From Octopus vulgaris (Eukaryota): a stretch of DNA of 64,000 nucleotides. Location: the NCBI GenBank assembly GCA_951406725.2, contig OX597814.1:56730001-56794000 (forward strand), in the 5' to 3' direction. The translations under genes and the position numbers were made by a program. A model generated the notes under the pieces. That model did no database searches and was not told the DNA's origin. It saw only the letters and a list, made by a program, of their open reading frames with translations. Positions 13,027 through 27,214 of the stretch are shown here, piece after piece (position 1 is the stretch's first letter; every line of letters begins with the position of its first letter).

Positions 13027-14269
13027 CTAAATAAGGTGCAGCTCATTGCTGGAAGGTACATTTCACCCAGTAAGTTGCAATTCTTTGCTGGAAGCTACAG
13101 TTTATTACTGGAAGATATTGTTTTACTTAATAATGTTATTGCTGGAAAGTATAGTTTAACTTCATAACTACAGTGTATCTTGGTATTGAGGTGGGTACAA
13201 CTGATGTATTTTGTTGGTTTAAATTCTCAGTTCAAATCCTTTCTTGAGTAACCCATAGAAAAAGATGGTGGCTTACTTGACTGACTTGTTTTAAATATAT
13301 GAAAATATTTCTTCCATTGAAATTCTTTACGGTGTCCCTCATCTATTTCTAAGGAATGTAGAAATATGAAAACTTGTATTATTAAAAACTACACTATACC
13401 TTAACAACAATCATTAATATTTGTAAAGTAGTTTGGATGTCTTATGGTTTTGGGTCAGTCACCTGTGTGTTATGTCATATTGTTGATATGTGCCTTCCAT
13501 CACAGATACTCACACTTGTGTCTGCTTCAAAGTATCTAGACAGATAGGACATTCCTTTTACTAATCCTTGTCATTACACAATTTGTTGAATCCTAAAGTG
13601 TGTGTGAGTAGTATGTATATTTTTTTATACACACGCACATATTCATACACTATATATTTAACTAGAGCATAAAGTGTTTTGTTACATAGAAGCATTGTGT
13701 TTAGGTGATTTTAACTGATCAGAAAGCCTAAACCATGTAGATTAAGAAAATAATTTTTCATTATTTATTTTTCATTTTCTTCTTTATAGCTTTTGACTGA
13801 ACAAAAGGCTCTTTTAGAAGATGAATGATGCACTGAAATTCATCTGGGGCCTGAAGACCATCTGAAATATTATCTTTCTTTTGTGAATTTTCTGTACATC
13901 TTTCATTTTTGAAAATGATGTTTGTGTGGTCAAAAGCTTTATATATTAACTGTTTTATTTAGTCTCATTGATTGGGCTTTCTAATCGATTAAAAAGCAGA
14001 TATAATAAATACAAAAAAAAAATTTTTTTTTTTGTTTTTTTTTTTTGCAATATATGTCTCAAATAAACAAGTGCTAGGCATCATATTTAAGGTCATCTAA
14101 AGTGTTAATGATTAGGATAAGTGAATACTGATGCAGTTTCTTTTATCTATTGTTATGGATTAGTTGGACAAAAAATAAAGGGAGAGTTAATCAAGCACTG
14201 CAGCTTATTTAATTGAATTTGCCTCCAACCCCCAAATTTGTGAACTTGTGGTCTATGTTAAATGTTATT

Positions 14270-14495
14270 ATTAAGCTGGCAAACTGGCAGAATTGTTAGC
14301 ATGTTGGTTATAATGCTTAGTGGAATTTCTTCCAATTCCTTTTACCCTGAGTCCAAATTCTGCCAAAGCCAACTTTGTACTTTGTCTCTTTGGGGTTGAT
14401 AAAATAAGTACCAGTTGAGTACGGGGGCAGATGTATTCAACTAACCGCCTCTCCATAAAATTGCTGGCATTGTGCCAAAATTTGAAACCATTATT
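14270..14495 (+). mobile_element. tRNA-derived SINE with Deu/Nin-like core
   Basis: A-box-like ctggcagaattgttag, B-box-like gagtccaaattc, and core ggggttgataaaataagtaccagttgag shared with copies near 50270, 55230 and 56130. Confidence 0.65.
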
Positions 14496-14639
14496 AATAT
14501 TATTATTATTAATTTTTCTTTTTAACTCAGGTTTTGTGGGAACTCCTGGCTTCTTGCATGCATAGCAGGCTTGCTGCTTGCAGCCTACGGTACCATGCTA
14601 TCTGTTCTTTTCAAATATTTCTTTCCTGATTATTCTGGC

Positions 14640-15165
14640 CATGGCAAGGCAGGGGTTTGGTAGAATTGTAAAAGCGTTGGAGAGTATGTCTTGTAGGATT
14701 TTGTAATGACTGAGTTCAAATCCTTTTGAGGTTGATAAAATAAGATGCTGGGGGTTGAAATACTCAGCTGATCCTCCTCACTCAGATTTTTTTTGTCATC
14801 ATCAAGAGTTAGGGTCCACAGAATTGGTAGAGCTTTAGACCAAATCTCGTATGGTATTTAGTTGCCACATTTTCTGGCATACAAGTTGATGTAGTGTAAA
14901 CCTTTAATCATTGTTGCTATCTTTCCAAATCTTGCTGTGTTTTACAAAAGTGTCTTGGTATAAACATTGATCAACCCTTTTTTCCTTTAATCTGAAAAAT
15001 TTAACTTGTGTGCTGGAATATATAGCATGTCCCTTTTTGATATGTTCTAATTTCAAATCCTGCAGGGTTCAACTTTGCTTCATGGATACCTCTTTACCTG
15101 CTGGAGTCAATTCAGTCGACTGTATTGTTGCCGAAATTTCTGACTTTGTATATATTAGGAATGAC
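14640..15165 (+). mobile_element. Cluster of degenerate SINE copies of the same family
   Basis: Repeated gagttcaaatcc / gaggttgataaaataag / caactttgc motifs. Confidence 0.45.
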
Positions 15166-17881
15166 TTAAATTCAATCATTTTTTAAAATTCCATTTTGTT
15201 TTGTTTATTTAGTTCATTCTGTCTCACCCAAGCTTCATATCTTTAATTATTATCTTTTTATCATTTTCTCCATCATTTTCTTATCTTCCTTCATTCACCA
15301 CCCACCTGGTCCATTGTATGTGACAGCAGCAACATAAATTTTTTTAAAGTAATTAAAGTGATTAATATAGATTCCTTCTCAGTGAGTGCATATAGGTTTT
15401 TATAATTCTGCCTTTCAATAAAGAGCTTATAACAAAGCCTTAGCCTGCTAGAAATAGTAACTAAGCATCTTCTTTAATCACACTTTTACAAAAGAGCTGA
15501 CATAAGATATACACTATGTCTAACTAAAAGGTCGGATAGTCACAGCTGGAACTCTTTCCATCATAAGCCTGCTCACTCAGTGTTGATCTCTGGCTAAACA
15601 TCAATACCAGTTTAGATGCATAATTCTTCTAAGGATAATAAAATGTTTGTTAAATGACAGTGAGTCCCTATTTGGTTATAAAGTTTTAACATGAAGGCAA
15701 AATGCTAAAGTGATGTATTTAGAGTAAATTAGTCACCTAGCTATGAAATTTTCCTCCTTTCATTGTTCATGAGAAACCTAAAATTCCCTGATTGAAATTC
15801 AATCTAGAGATGAGGAGATCTTGTTATATGTATGAATATTTGTTTTTCTTTTTATTGGAGTAGCTAGAATTGTTATTGTCTCTTCCATTTGGGAGTAGTT
15901 TTTTTAGTCAATTTTCCTAAAAGTGAGTAGTATTACTTACATCTATTTCATGCCACCACCTATTTTTTTTTAAAGGACAGGAGTAACTGGGATGGGGGAG
16001 TTAATGTAATTAAAATTCAATTTCAGATTACATGTTGAGAATAATACATGAACATAATGATAGTTGCATTAAGTTGTTTTGAGGGAGAAAGCTTTGAGAA
16101 ATGTCTTTAATTAGTGATTTTGCATGTAAGACTTTACATAGAATGACAGAAAGAAGAGAGATGGTTTGATAGGCTTCAACTGGATTGATGTTTGGGTGGT
16201 TATTCTGTGAAAATTCTGAAATTCTGAGACCATTGTTGTGATTAGCAGTTGACAATGTAGTTTAAATGAGTATTGTGTCAATGTACTCTCTTAGCCAGTC
16301 ATAACAGGAAATACCACCAACAGTATATAAATTTGATAAAAACAGGAAGAGAGATATGTGGAGATTTAGAAGATAATGTGTGCTCTTATCTTATTTCAAC
16401 TTGAATTTCAAACTAGTTGACTGTAAATGTGGCATGCAAAATGTAAATTTTATTTCAGAGTTTTGTGAATAATTCAGCTAAAAGATATATGTCAATTTAT
16501 ATGTGAAATAAGCAAGGATTACACATCCAGACTACAGTTTCTATTTAATCAATCATTCTAGTCAACTGTACATATCAGCGGAAAGAAATATCTTTTGTTT
16601 GACTGAAAAGATGATTGAACAAAAACTATGGCTAAGATATGTTATCCCTCTTCATTTCACTCAAATTAATATGTATCAAACTATACTCATTAATATATGT
16701 ATATATGTGTGTGTATCTATCTATATACATAGTATTTTTCTTATCAATCAGAAACCAAACTATTCAGTGACAATTGATACAGTTTAGTTGTTTTGTACTT
16801 AAAATATTGGTCAGTTAATTTACTGATATAATTTTCTATATAATTTCAAGAACTCAAAACAACTCAGAAGCAAACTTCCATAAAACTTAATCCAATGATA
16901 GTTTGGGTTGTCATTTTTCTTGCTTATATTTTAAAATACATTTTTTTCTTCCACATTGATAATGTATTTACACCAACATCTTTTGATGGCATGCTGAACT
17001 TTGCATTACAATGAAGTGGTTATATTTTGTTTAGCTTGTGTTATGGTTCTTGATTTGCATGAATTTCATTGTCTCTTACTGTTTTTATTGTTGTATTGTT
17101 TTTTTTATCATCTTTTGTTAGTTTTAGAGCTTCTTGTTGTATAGATATATATTTTCCTAGTTCTCTCTCTCTCTCTCTCACATATATGTGTCTGTCTGTT
17201 GTATTTGTAGAGAGAGTAAGCTGTTTTGTTCAGAATGGTTCCAAATGTTGACAGGTATTGGATGCAAAGATTTTAAAGCTTCTTTAGAATGGATCATTTC
17301 AAAATAGTATTTCTTTTTCTCTTTCCATATCTAACTTTTTAGCCATGTGAAACTGTCTCTGGTTTTTCAATAGTAATCACATGTTTTAAAGTGTTCATAT
17401 TTGAATGTAAATGTTCTATTATGATATTAAGCAGCAATCTTTTGTTACATTCTGAAAACCAGTTTGATATGAAAAATAAATGCAACAGTTGATTATTTTG
17501 AAATGAAATCCGTTAAAGTTCTATGACTGCTTTTTTCTTTACAACTCCATGAACAGATTAACAGAATAAACTGTCTTCTCTTGTCTGAAGTAGATTTTCA
17601 ACACTTACATTAATAAGTATTTCTTGATGCTTCTGTTTTATCAACATTGTAATTTCAACAATGCAAAATAATGTAAAATTATTTCTATTCTGTTGAGAAT
17701 ACGTTATTTTTTTTCTAATGTTAGAAAAATGTTATTAAAAAAAAATTAGGAGTTTAATGTATGTAGGTTTACTATAAACTTTGAATCAAAATCTTAAGGA
17801 ACACACACACATCAAGAAAATAAACCATGTAGTATAGTTAAATGCTACAACTCCTGATTAGCTCATATCGTCTACCATACT

Positions 17882-18109
17882 TTAATCCTTTAGCATTCAG
17901 ATTATACTGTCAAATGCAATGATTATTTATTCACATTGTTTTGAATTTATCATGCATTATCTGGTAGCTTTGAGATTTCATTGATGTGGTTGTTTAGTTT
18001 TAGAATGATATTGTAGGGTAGATGTGAGAAGTTGGATCTGGCTGGTTTGAACATAAAACAAGTCGAGTATTTAGGCCAGATCTGGCTGGTTTAAGTGCTA
18101 AAAGGTTAA
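17882..18109 (+). mobile_element. ~225-bp TTAA-flanked MITE (piggyBac-like)
   Basis: TTAA at both ends, imperfect TIR cctttagcatt / agtgctaaaagg, five homologous copies in the window. Confidence 0.75.
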
Positions 18110-19677
18110 ATGATTTTTGTCACTTTCTATTTTCCTAATAACCAGGCTCATAGTTTGTTTTCCTACAGAGTAAACTTATTTTAGTTTACCCTTTTCTATC
18201 CAGATCTGAAATTTTCAATAAGCTGTTAATATTACTTAATTTAAATTGTATTTGACTTATTTTCATTGTGTCTTCCTACCAACGATTTAGTACCCCTACT
18301 GTTACACATCAGTGTATATAATTTAAGAATACCTATATAGAATGGTAAAAAGATACTTCATTTCATAGGTCTGCCAACTTTACATTTTCAAACATGTGCT
18401 ATCTCCTAATGAACAGTTATTACAAGATAGATAATCATTTTCATAAGATGTAGCAGGGTTAGAAATTTGAATTTTAAATTAGGAATACAAGGGAAAAGGT
18501 GTATCTAGTGCATGTACTAAATTTTTTGTTTACTTATTATGAAGTTAAAAACATTTTAATAAGTGGTAATCTTGTATAGCTCTATTTCGTTCTTTTCAGA
18601 AAATGTTTACATGATATAACCTAGGATTTCTTATAGATGGAAAATAATCAGTCTGGAAAATATTCATGGATGGTGTTTTCTTTTCTTTTTTCTTTCATAG
18701 AATGTTAGTAGTTTAGCAGAATTAGTTTACACGTGTATCTGTGTGTGCATGCATGCGTGCGTGCGCGCACACACACACACACACATATGTATGTAGGCTA
18801 GTTTATCATGCCTGGGATAATTTTCAGAGTATTTACTAATGCATCAGTAAAATAGAAATAATTCCATAAACATTCAAAACATTCTCTTAAAATCAGTTTA
18901 CCCAAGTTGAAAACAAAGGTACAATGCCCAAGGTTGGTAGTGCAATTAAAGCCATAAACTAGTGGTGTGTTTACACTTCCATTATTAATGCCTAGTCTAG
19001 AAAATTTTTCTGTTCTTTTTTGGTAGGTGGGATAGCATTTCAGTCATGTGGCATTTTCATGTTTCTCTTCAGATAAAAAGTTTATTTCCATAAATTTTTC
19101 ATGTTTTCCATCTAATTTCTGTGTTCTAGTGTCATTTTTGAAGTAAATGTTTTCCTTTTTAATATTCATTTTTACTACCATTTACATGAGAAGTACCAGT
19201 GTCCAAGTAGTCTGTTTTAAAAGTGAATCATTTTTCTCCATATTTTCAATATTTTAAGAAGAGAAAAATTCTTCTAATATATTCAGACCTAGTTTATGTT
19301 GGTTTCTTGGTTTCAAAACAGGTTTCATTTTTGGAAAGAGGAAAAAAGAAAATTTCTAACTATAGTTAAAAAAAAAAAAAACTGTCATATCAAATTACAT
19401 ACATTTATAACATCCTTGGATCAGCTGTCTGCTAGCAGTTTTCTTGCATAGTTTATCATTGTTTAGAGATTAACTAAAAAATGAAAGGCTAGATATGATA
19501 AAGCTTCATATCAACACTTCAGTTTGTGCATGAATATTGCCTCTATTTTAACTTTCAAAGCCAAAACTACTGTTGCTGCTTGCTGCTTCATACATGCACA
19601 GTGTTCTTGCACAAATTTCTCTGGGTTTTTAAAATATAAATGATTTATATTTCCTCAGTAGATACTGGTATTTAGGT

Positions 19678-19899
19678 TTAATCCTTTAGCATTCAGATTC
19701 TGTCAAATGTAATGCTTATTCATTCATGTTGTTTTGAATTAGTCACTCATTACTTTGTTGCTTTGAAAATTTGATGATGTGATTGTTTATTTTTAGAATG
19801 ACATTATAGGGTAAGTGTGAGGTTGGATCTGCTCAGTTTGAACATAAAACAGGTAGAATATTTGAGCTAGATATGGCCAGTTAAATGTTGATGGGTTAA
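19678..19899 (+). mobile_element. ~225-bp TTAA-flanked MITE copy
   Basis: ttaatcctttagcattcag...gggttaa; homologous to 17882-18109. Confidence 0.75.
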
Positions 19900-20749
19900 G
19901 TTGGAAATTATGATTATTAGTGCTTTTCTATGTGTGTATATGTATGTATATACACACATGTATATATACCCTCATAAATGAGAATTAGTGATGAATGAAT
20001 GTATTCAGTGGGACTCAAATGTGTATGTGTGTTTGTCTCCTGCAAAGAAAGTTTAATAGCAATAAAGGAAGAATGGAGTTAGAATGAATTGAAGAAGGTT
20101 GGCTCATAAGGTTTTAAAGCAGCTGTATCCAGAATGGTAGGCAAAGATTTATGTGAACTTATGATTATATGCCTACATGAAAAGCTGACTTAAATCATTA
20201 TGACCTTACACTCTTCATTTCTACTCCTGGCATTCAATGTAACCACTTTCTGTTGAATTTTTTCTTCATTAATTTCTATAGGTGGTAGATTAGTTCTGCA
20301 ATTTGCTATTTAGTTGACTCAAAGGAAGCAATCTGCTACTTAAAAAGTAAATTATTGCATTTGCAATGTGTTTTTTAAGACAGAAAGCAAGCTTTCCAAA
20401 AAGGTCATTTAATGACTACTATATATATGTATTTCAGTTGCCTAAAATGTGTATAGTTTGTCATATAAATGTAACAAGGACATTATGTAACCATTTAGTG
20501 AAACTCCAAGTAACGACATTCCTAGTCTTGGAAACCGTGTATACATGTACATACACACTATACATACTCGCTTAAAAGCTGCACTCCATGTGGACTTTTC
20601 AGCTAGCTCTTGCAGAGGTCTAGTTGGGCTTGTGGCCCAAAACTAGAGAGAGAAATAATAATAAAGCATTTATTGGTATCCTACCTTCTCAAATTAATAT
20701 TACAGACTATCACATTTGGAGAATTTTGTATCATTGTGACACTTGGAGA

Positions 20750-20975
20750 TCACTGTAAAGCAGCAGGATAAACAATATCCTTGGTTTTCCCATTTGGTGT
20801 GAGCATGAAGAGATTGTTGCCATTTCCCACTCTGGAACAACCAACATAGACCTGACCATGGGAAAAGCAGTGCTGTATGATGTGAAGTCCAACAATTTTG
20901 AGTGTTTGTTGTTGACTCTTGTTAACTGACATTGCAAAACTAACTCTTACTGGAAATTGAAGTCTCTTGAATTCA
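20750..20975 (-). mobile_element. Helitron PIF1-type helicase C-terminal fragment
   Basis: EFKRLQFPVRVSFAMSVNKSQQQTL...CFSHGQVYVGCSRV matches the PIF1/Helitron motifs FAMTINKSQGQ and SHGQLYVAxSRV. Confidence 0.85.
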
Positions 20976-21322
20976 TGGCCGACACCAGTGCTGCCTTATT
21001 GATACCTGTGCAATTGGTACATAAAAAGTACCATTTGAGCATGGTCAATGCTAGTGCTGCCTGACTGGCTCCTGCACTGGTCGCATACATAAAACACCAT
21101 TTGAGTGTGGCCGATGCCAGTGCTGCCTGACTGGCTTCTGTGCTGGTGGGATGTAAAAAGTACCCACTACACTCTCGGAGTGGTTGGTGTTAGGAAAGGC
21201 ATCCAGTTGTAGAAACCGTGCCAGAACAGATTGGAGCCTGGTGCAGCCTCCTGGCCTACCAGTCCTAAGTCAAACTGTCCAGCTCATGCCAGCATGGAAA
21301 GAGGACATTAAACAATGATGAT
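20976..21322 (+). mobile_element. RTE-type tail / SINE with ~3 degenerate tandem units
   Basis: Family core gttaggaaaggcatccagttgtagaaac and gatgat tail. Confidence 0.8.
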
Positions 21323-21615
21323 TAACAGATAGAGAAATTCGAAGGATTACTTTGGTCCACTGGTAGAACACCTATGTTTAAAGGAAAAGTAGGTTCAAAT
21401 CTTGTGGACAACCTTCAACCGTCTCTATCCAGAAGGCCTTTAACCCAATATTTACATGCTATTACTTCACTGCAACATGTGTTCCTTCTAATTATTATTC
21501 CTGTTCACCAGATTTAATTACCATTTCTCTCTCTCTCTGTCTTTTTTTTTTCTTTTTCTTTCTATTATTTCCCTTATCATAGTTCCCTTTTTATGCCGTT
21601 TATTTTATCTTAACA

Positions 21616-21710
21616 AGCCAGAACAGATCGGAGCCTGGTGCAGCCTCCTGGCTTACCAGTCCTCAGTCAAACCATCCAACCCATGCCAGCATGGAAAGTG
21701 GACATTAAAG
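21616..21710 (+). mobile_element. Short 3' fragment of the same RTE-tail family
   Basis: gccagaacagatcggagcctggtgcagcc...ggacattaaa. Confidence 0.7.
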
Positions 21711-23043
21711 CTCATCATTTCATTACTGTAAAACTTAAGTTTTGTTTACATCACCCAATTTAGTCTTTAATGTATTCTAAGTGTACATCTCAGTTGCTTA
21801 AGACACAAATTCCCACTTGGCATCCTTAGAACATTCACATATACAATTCTGTTCATAATTTATTTCTACAGTTTTTCTGTACATCAGATAATTACCAGTT
21901 AACTAAGCTGCATGCGTTTATAATGTAAATGAAGTATATGTTAACATTTGTACAAATTATTCAATTACATATGCAGTGCTAGTTAAAACTTGTATTACTG
22001 CTGCAGATATCGTCTATAGTATGCTTACTGTATCCAAAACATACTATTTACTACATTGATAATTCATTAGTTGTCTTACCAACCAGTAAAGTGATGCAAA
22101 TCAGATTTTCTGGTTTTGTGAAGTCCATAATAGCAGTGACTGTGCATGTATTTCTCTGCAGATAAACTCAGGCAGATACATTGTCTAATGAGCTACCCCA
22201 AATATGACCAGTCCTCTGTTTTCTGCAAACAAAGTGATTGTATAGACATTTACATACATTTATTTTTTGTATTTGTTTGCACAGGCTGCACTGGCTACTT
22301 TGAGTTATTTCTCTTGGCTGATTTTCGTTTCATCTATGCAAATTATATTGGCCATGAATGTGTTCTATGCTTTTTTGAATGTGACTGTCTCATCTGATGA
22401 AGTTATGACATGTTAACTGTGTTGCTGCTAACATCTGTTGAGGCAGAAACACATGTTGACGACCATCTTAGTGTTTTCAGATAGTCATAATGCCTTCTTG
22501 ATGCCATGTCAGTTTTGGAAAATATTGATTCTAGAAACTATCTCCCCTTTTCATTTCTAGTTGGTACCAGTTGTCACGAAGCAACTGGTCTCCTTTCTCT
22601 GGAAGCAGAGGTTAATTCTAATAAATGAAGAATTTATCTCGTATATCATTTAATATATGCTTATTCATCTTTGTTGTTCAATTACATGGCACTGGCCATG
22701 GTGAATTATATCTTTTAGTTCATTTTCATTTCATATAAGTATGTGTGTGTGTGTATACATACACATATACCTACATTTATAGACACACATATACATATAC
22801 TGACACATTCAAATGCACACATCATGTACATACCTATAATTCATATATAATTTCGTCCAGTGGTTTCATGTTCTTAAATGTAGACTTTTACAGGATTCAA
22901 TTTCCAGTGAATTCTTTTTTTTTTTTTTTTTTTTTTTTTGTAAATAAAGCTACTGAGGTGTAACAAAATATTTTTTTGAAGTTGTATGAAAAACTGTTTC
23001 AAATATTGGGCAGAAAAATACACTCACAATACTCAAGTGAATA

Positions 23044-23089
<46 letters not shown>

Positions 23090-23263
23090 GCATATACTTA
23101 TATATTATTTATATTATTATTTGATTGAATGTCGCGCATCCATTTCCAAGTAAGTTTTTATATATATATTCACACACACACACACATACATACACGCACA
23201 CAGACTTGTATGAATGCAGATATTGTATAAAAACATGCCTGCATATATACATATATGTTGATA

Positions 23264-23495
23264 TCATCATCATCATCATCATTTAGCGTCCGCTTTCCAT
23301 GCTAGCATGGGTTGGACGGTTCAGCTGGGGTCTGTGAAGCCAGAAGGCTGCATCAGGCCCAGTCTGATCTGGCAGTGTTTCTACAGCTGGATGCCCTTCC
23401 TAACGCCAACCACTCCGTGAGTGTAGTGGGTGCTTTTTACGTGCCACCCGCACAGGTGCCAGACGAAGCTGGCAAACGGCCACGGACGGATGGTG
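23264..23495 (-). mobile_element. RTE-type tail / SINE copy
   Basis: (CAT)n followed by the reverse-complement family core. Confidence 0.8.
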
Positions 23496-25249
23496 TATTA
23501 TGCATATGTTTGTGTGTGTATGTATATACATGTTTGTGTGTGCATGCACACTTATATACACACATACACTCACATGTAATCCTGTCAAGTGGCACAATTA
23601 TTTGCATGTTAAAATTACTTTGCAGTAATTCTGTCTTTTGTACCTTGAGTTCAAATCTCACCAACGTCATCTTTGCTTTTTATTGTTTTGAGCTCAATAT
23701 ATAGCGTACCATTGCTGCACTGGGGTCATTTTTTTTCACCTCATTTTTCTTTCTGTTTGCTTCACTTTCTGAAACAAATATGAATTGTGGTCGGACATCA
23801 CTAAGTCTAAAAATACCCAAGATATATTGTGTATGTGTCTATGCATATAAGTATATAAAGATAAAGGATCAAAGGCCCTTCTTGAGCTATAGGCTCATAA
23901 GGCTGGTGTCTTGGATTCTCATTCAAGAACACAACTCATCTCCTGGTCCAGGAATCAAAACCACATTCTTATGAACATGACTGCTACACTGTAACCACTA
24001 AGCCACAGACTTCTACATATGTACATATACATATAAGTATATATGTGTATGCATATTTATGTAAGTATCTATATATGTATAGTTTTACATATATGCATAT
24101 GTGTGTATATCTGTCTACATACACATTCACAAACCAGTAAGTGAACATGTGAAAGAATGTAGCAGTCATCTTCTTTGGTTGAAGTTCCAAGCATGTGACT
24201 CTGTCTCTGAACATCTAAAGAGGTGGATGTGTCCTACACCCATGAAACAAGTAATGTGGAGTTGAGCCAAACTTACTAATTTTGTGTGTTTACATGTGTA
24301 TGTTTTTGTGTGTGTATGTTTTTGTGTGTGTGTAAACTGATGCTAACATGGCGCATGCTTCTTGACCAGATGGTTTTGTAGCACCTTGGCATATATCTTC
24401 TACTCTAAACATAGGCTACTCAAGGTTTTGTAAGTAGACTTGATAGGCAGAAACGGAAAGAAGTCATTTGTATGTGTATGTATATAAGGGGTTATTATCC
24501 CAGCTGTATCCTCGCAAAGTGCTTTCACATTTTCACATAAATCAAATATACATATGCTTTATTTTGAATGAGATGTACATAGCAATTGAAATTTCTAGTG
24601 AACTCTTTCCGCAGAGTAATTACACATCAAAACAGAACCCTGGAAAAATTTGATATAATGAAATATACCAAATTTTCCCGTTTTTTGTTTTGATATGTAT
24701 GTGTGTGTGGTACTTGTGTTGTTTATTTACAAATGTCCTTAAAAAACTAAATAAAAAAGTACAAAAGCAGTTACCTGTAGTGATTCATAATTTACTTTGT
24801 TTATGAATCATTTTTTTGGTTTTGATCTTTGAAGTCATGGGAAATTGGAGATCCCTATGTTGAAAAACTGGGTTTGCAACAGGATGGACATCTGGCTGTC
24901 AATCAGTGCTTTGTCATATTCATCTAAAGTATGCATGAAGAGAAAATTCAGAAAAATGAACAATATTTAGGTTTATGTGTGTGTATGTGTGTGCATCTGT
25001 GAGTATTTGTATGTTCAGTTATGTAAGTATATGTGTGTGTGTGTGTATATATATGTGTGTGTATGTATATATGTGTGTGTGTATATGTGTGTGTGTGTAT
25101 ATATATGCATATATGTGTGTGTGTGTGTGTACATATGTATATGTGCATATATGTGTGTGTGTGTATATATATTTATAAATGCATATATATGTGTGTGTAT
25201 GTATATATATATATGTATATATATATGTGTGTATATATGTATATATATA

Positions 25250-25282
<33 letters not shown>

Positions 25283-25303
25283 GTGCGTATATATGTGTGT
25301 ATA

Positions 25304-25536
25304 TCATCATCATCATCGTTTAGCGTCCGCTTTCCATGCTAGAATGGGTGGGACGGTTCAACTGGGGTCTGGGAAGCCAGAAGGCAGCATCAGGCCCAGT
25401 CTGATCTGGCAATGTTTCTACGGCTGGATGCCCTTCCTAACACCAACCACTCTGTGAGTGTAGTGGGTGCTTTTTATGTGCCAGACGAGGCTGGCAAACG
25501 GCCATGATCAGATGGTGCTTTTTGCGTGCCACCGGC

Positions 25537-25540
<4 letters not shown>
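25304..25540 (-). mobile_element. RTE-type tail / SINE copy
   Basis: (CAT)n followed by the reverse-complement family core. Confidence 0.8.
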
Positions 25541-25590
<50 letters not shown>

Positions 25591-25641
25591 ATATATATAT
25601 GTGTGTATATATATGTATATGTGTATAATATATATATATAA

Positions 25642-25687
<46 letters not shown>

Positions 25688-25692
<5 letters not shown>

Positions 25693-27115
25693 GTTGGACA
25701 AAATAATGGAAACATCTAGCATCATGATTTTGAAATGTCTAAAGAACCATAAAAAATTTGGTTGTTTTTATGCATTTTGATTTATTATTAGTGTTGCTTA
25801 ACGTTTTGCTGAAATTGCTGTTTGTTTTCAGATATCATCTAAAAAGGTAATTATAATTCATTAAAATAACAGATCTATTGGACTTTCAAAGAAGTAAAAT
25901 TGTTGGTGCTTGTATGGCAGGCACTAGTATAACGAAAATAGCCGAAATGTTTGGTGTATCAAGAAGTACTGTCTTGAAAGTAATGACAACCTTTGAGAAA
26001 GAGGGAAAAACCTCCTTATCAAACCAAAACTCTGGAAGAAATACAAAACTTTCAGATATAGACCATTGGACTCTTATGTGAATTGTTAGAAAGAATTGCA
26101 AAAGTACAGCTCCCAAAATTACTGCAGAGTTTAATGACCACCCCAAGAAACCAGTTCCCACAAAACTGTTCACTGGGAGCTGCACAAAGCTGGATTTCAC
26201 GGGAGGGCTGCAATCAGAAAACCACTACTTTCAAAAACAAACGTTGCAAAGCATTTAGAGTGGAATAAAAACCTACAGAATTGGTCCCTAGAGCAGTGGA
26301 AGAATATTATTTTCTCGGACTTGTCATCCTTTACCTCATTTCCCACCACTGGCCGAGTATATGTGTGGGGACAGCCAAAAGAAGCATTTGACCCAGACTC
26401 CTTCTTCTAACTGTTAAACATGGAGGAGGATCTGTGATGATCTGTCGGGGGGCTATATCTTGGAAATCCACCAGCCCAATGGTTTCTCTTCATGGCAGAA
26501 TTAATAGTCAAGACTATTTAAGCATTTTATCTGATCAAATTCACCCTATGTTTGCGGAACTGTGTTTCTGAAGGGAAACACAGAATCTTTCAGGATGATA
26601 ATGTACCAATTCACACAGCCAAAGTTGTTGAATGGCACGAAGAACATTCTAGTGAAGTTGAACTTCTTATCTGGCCACCACAGTCCCCAGATCTCAATAT
26701 AATAATATTGAGATCTGGGGACTGTGGTGGCCAGATAAGAAGTTCAACTTCACTAGAATGTTCTTCGTGCCATTCACCAACAACTTTGGCTGTGTAAATT
26801 GGTACATTATCATCCTGAAAGATTCTGTGTTCCCCTTCAGAAACACAGTTCCGCAAACGTTTGTTTTTGAAAGTAGTGGTCATTTATGGTGCATTTTAGA
26901 AAAACAATTAAGGAGTGGATACCCTCTACCATTATGACTTCCAGAACTGGAGACTGTTTTAGCTGAAGAATGAACAAAAATTCCATTGGAAACAATTCAA
27001 ATTTTGTACGAGTTCATACCTCATAGAATTCAAACTGTTGCCAAAGACAGTCTTACCCCATCCTAAAATATATTTGTTTGAAATTTTAAGGTGTTTCCAT
27101 TTTGTCCAACCCCTG
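25688..27115 (+). mobile_element. Tc1-family DNA transposon (DD34E-type), pseudogenised, with internal fold-back
   Basis: TIRs aggggttggacaaaataatggaaaca / tgtttccattttgtccaacccctg flanked by TA. HTH segment IAEMFGVSRSTV, then IFSD, TVKHGGGSVM, FQDDNVPIH and WPPQSPDLNII motifs. Stops and frameshifts present. Confidence 0.92.
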
Positions 27116-27160
<45 letters not shown>

Positions 27161-27214
27161 TGTGTGTTTGTGTATATATGTTTGTATATGTAATTGTGTA
27201 TGTGTTTATATATA

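Noticed and set aside
14531-14588. Exon candidate after ttttaactcag
   Set aside because: Weak donor (gtacca), lies between SINE copies, no recognisable peptide.
20750-20932. Host PIF1 helicase exon
   Set aside because: Degenerate motif (KSQQQ for KSQGQ), cut by a repeat insertion, with a Helitron-type C-terminus; a transposon origin fits better.
22394-22460. ctgatga...gaaacacatg hammerhead candidate
   Set aside because: Stem II and stem I pairings do not close.
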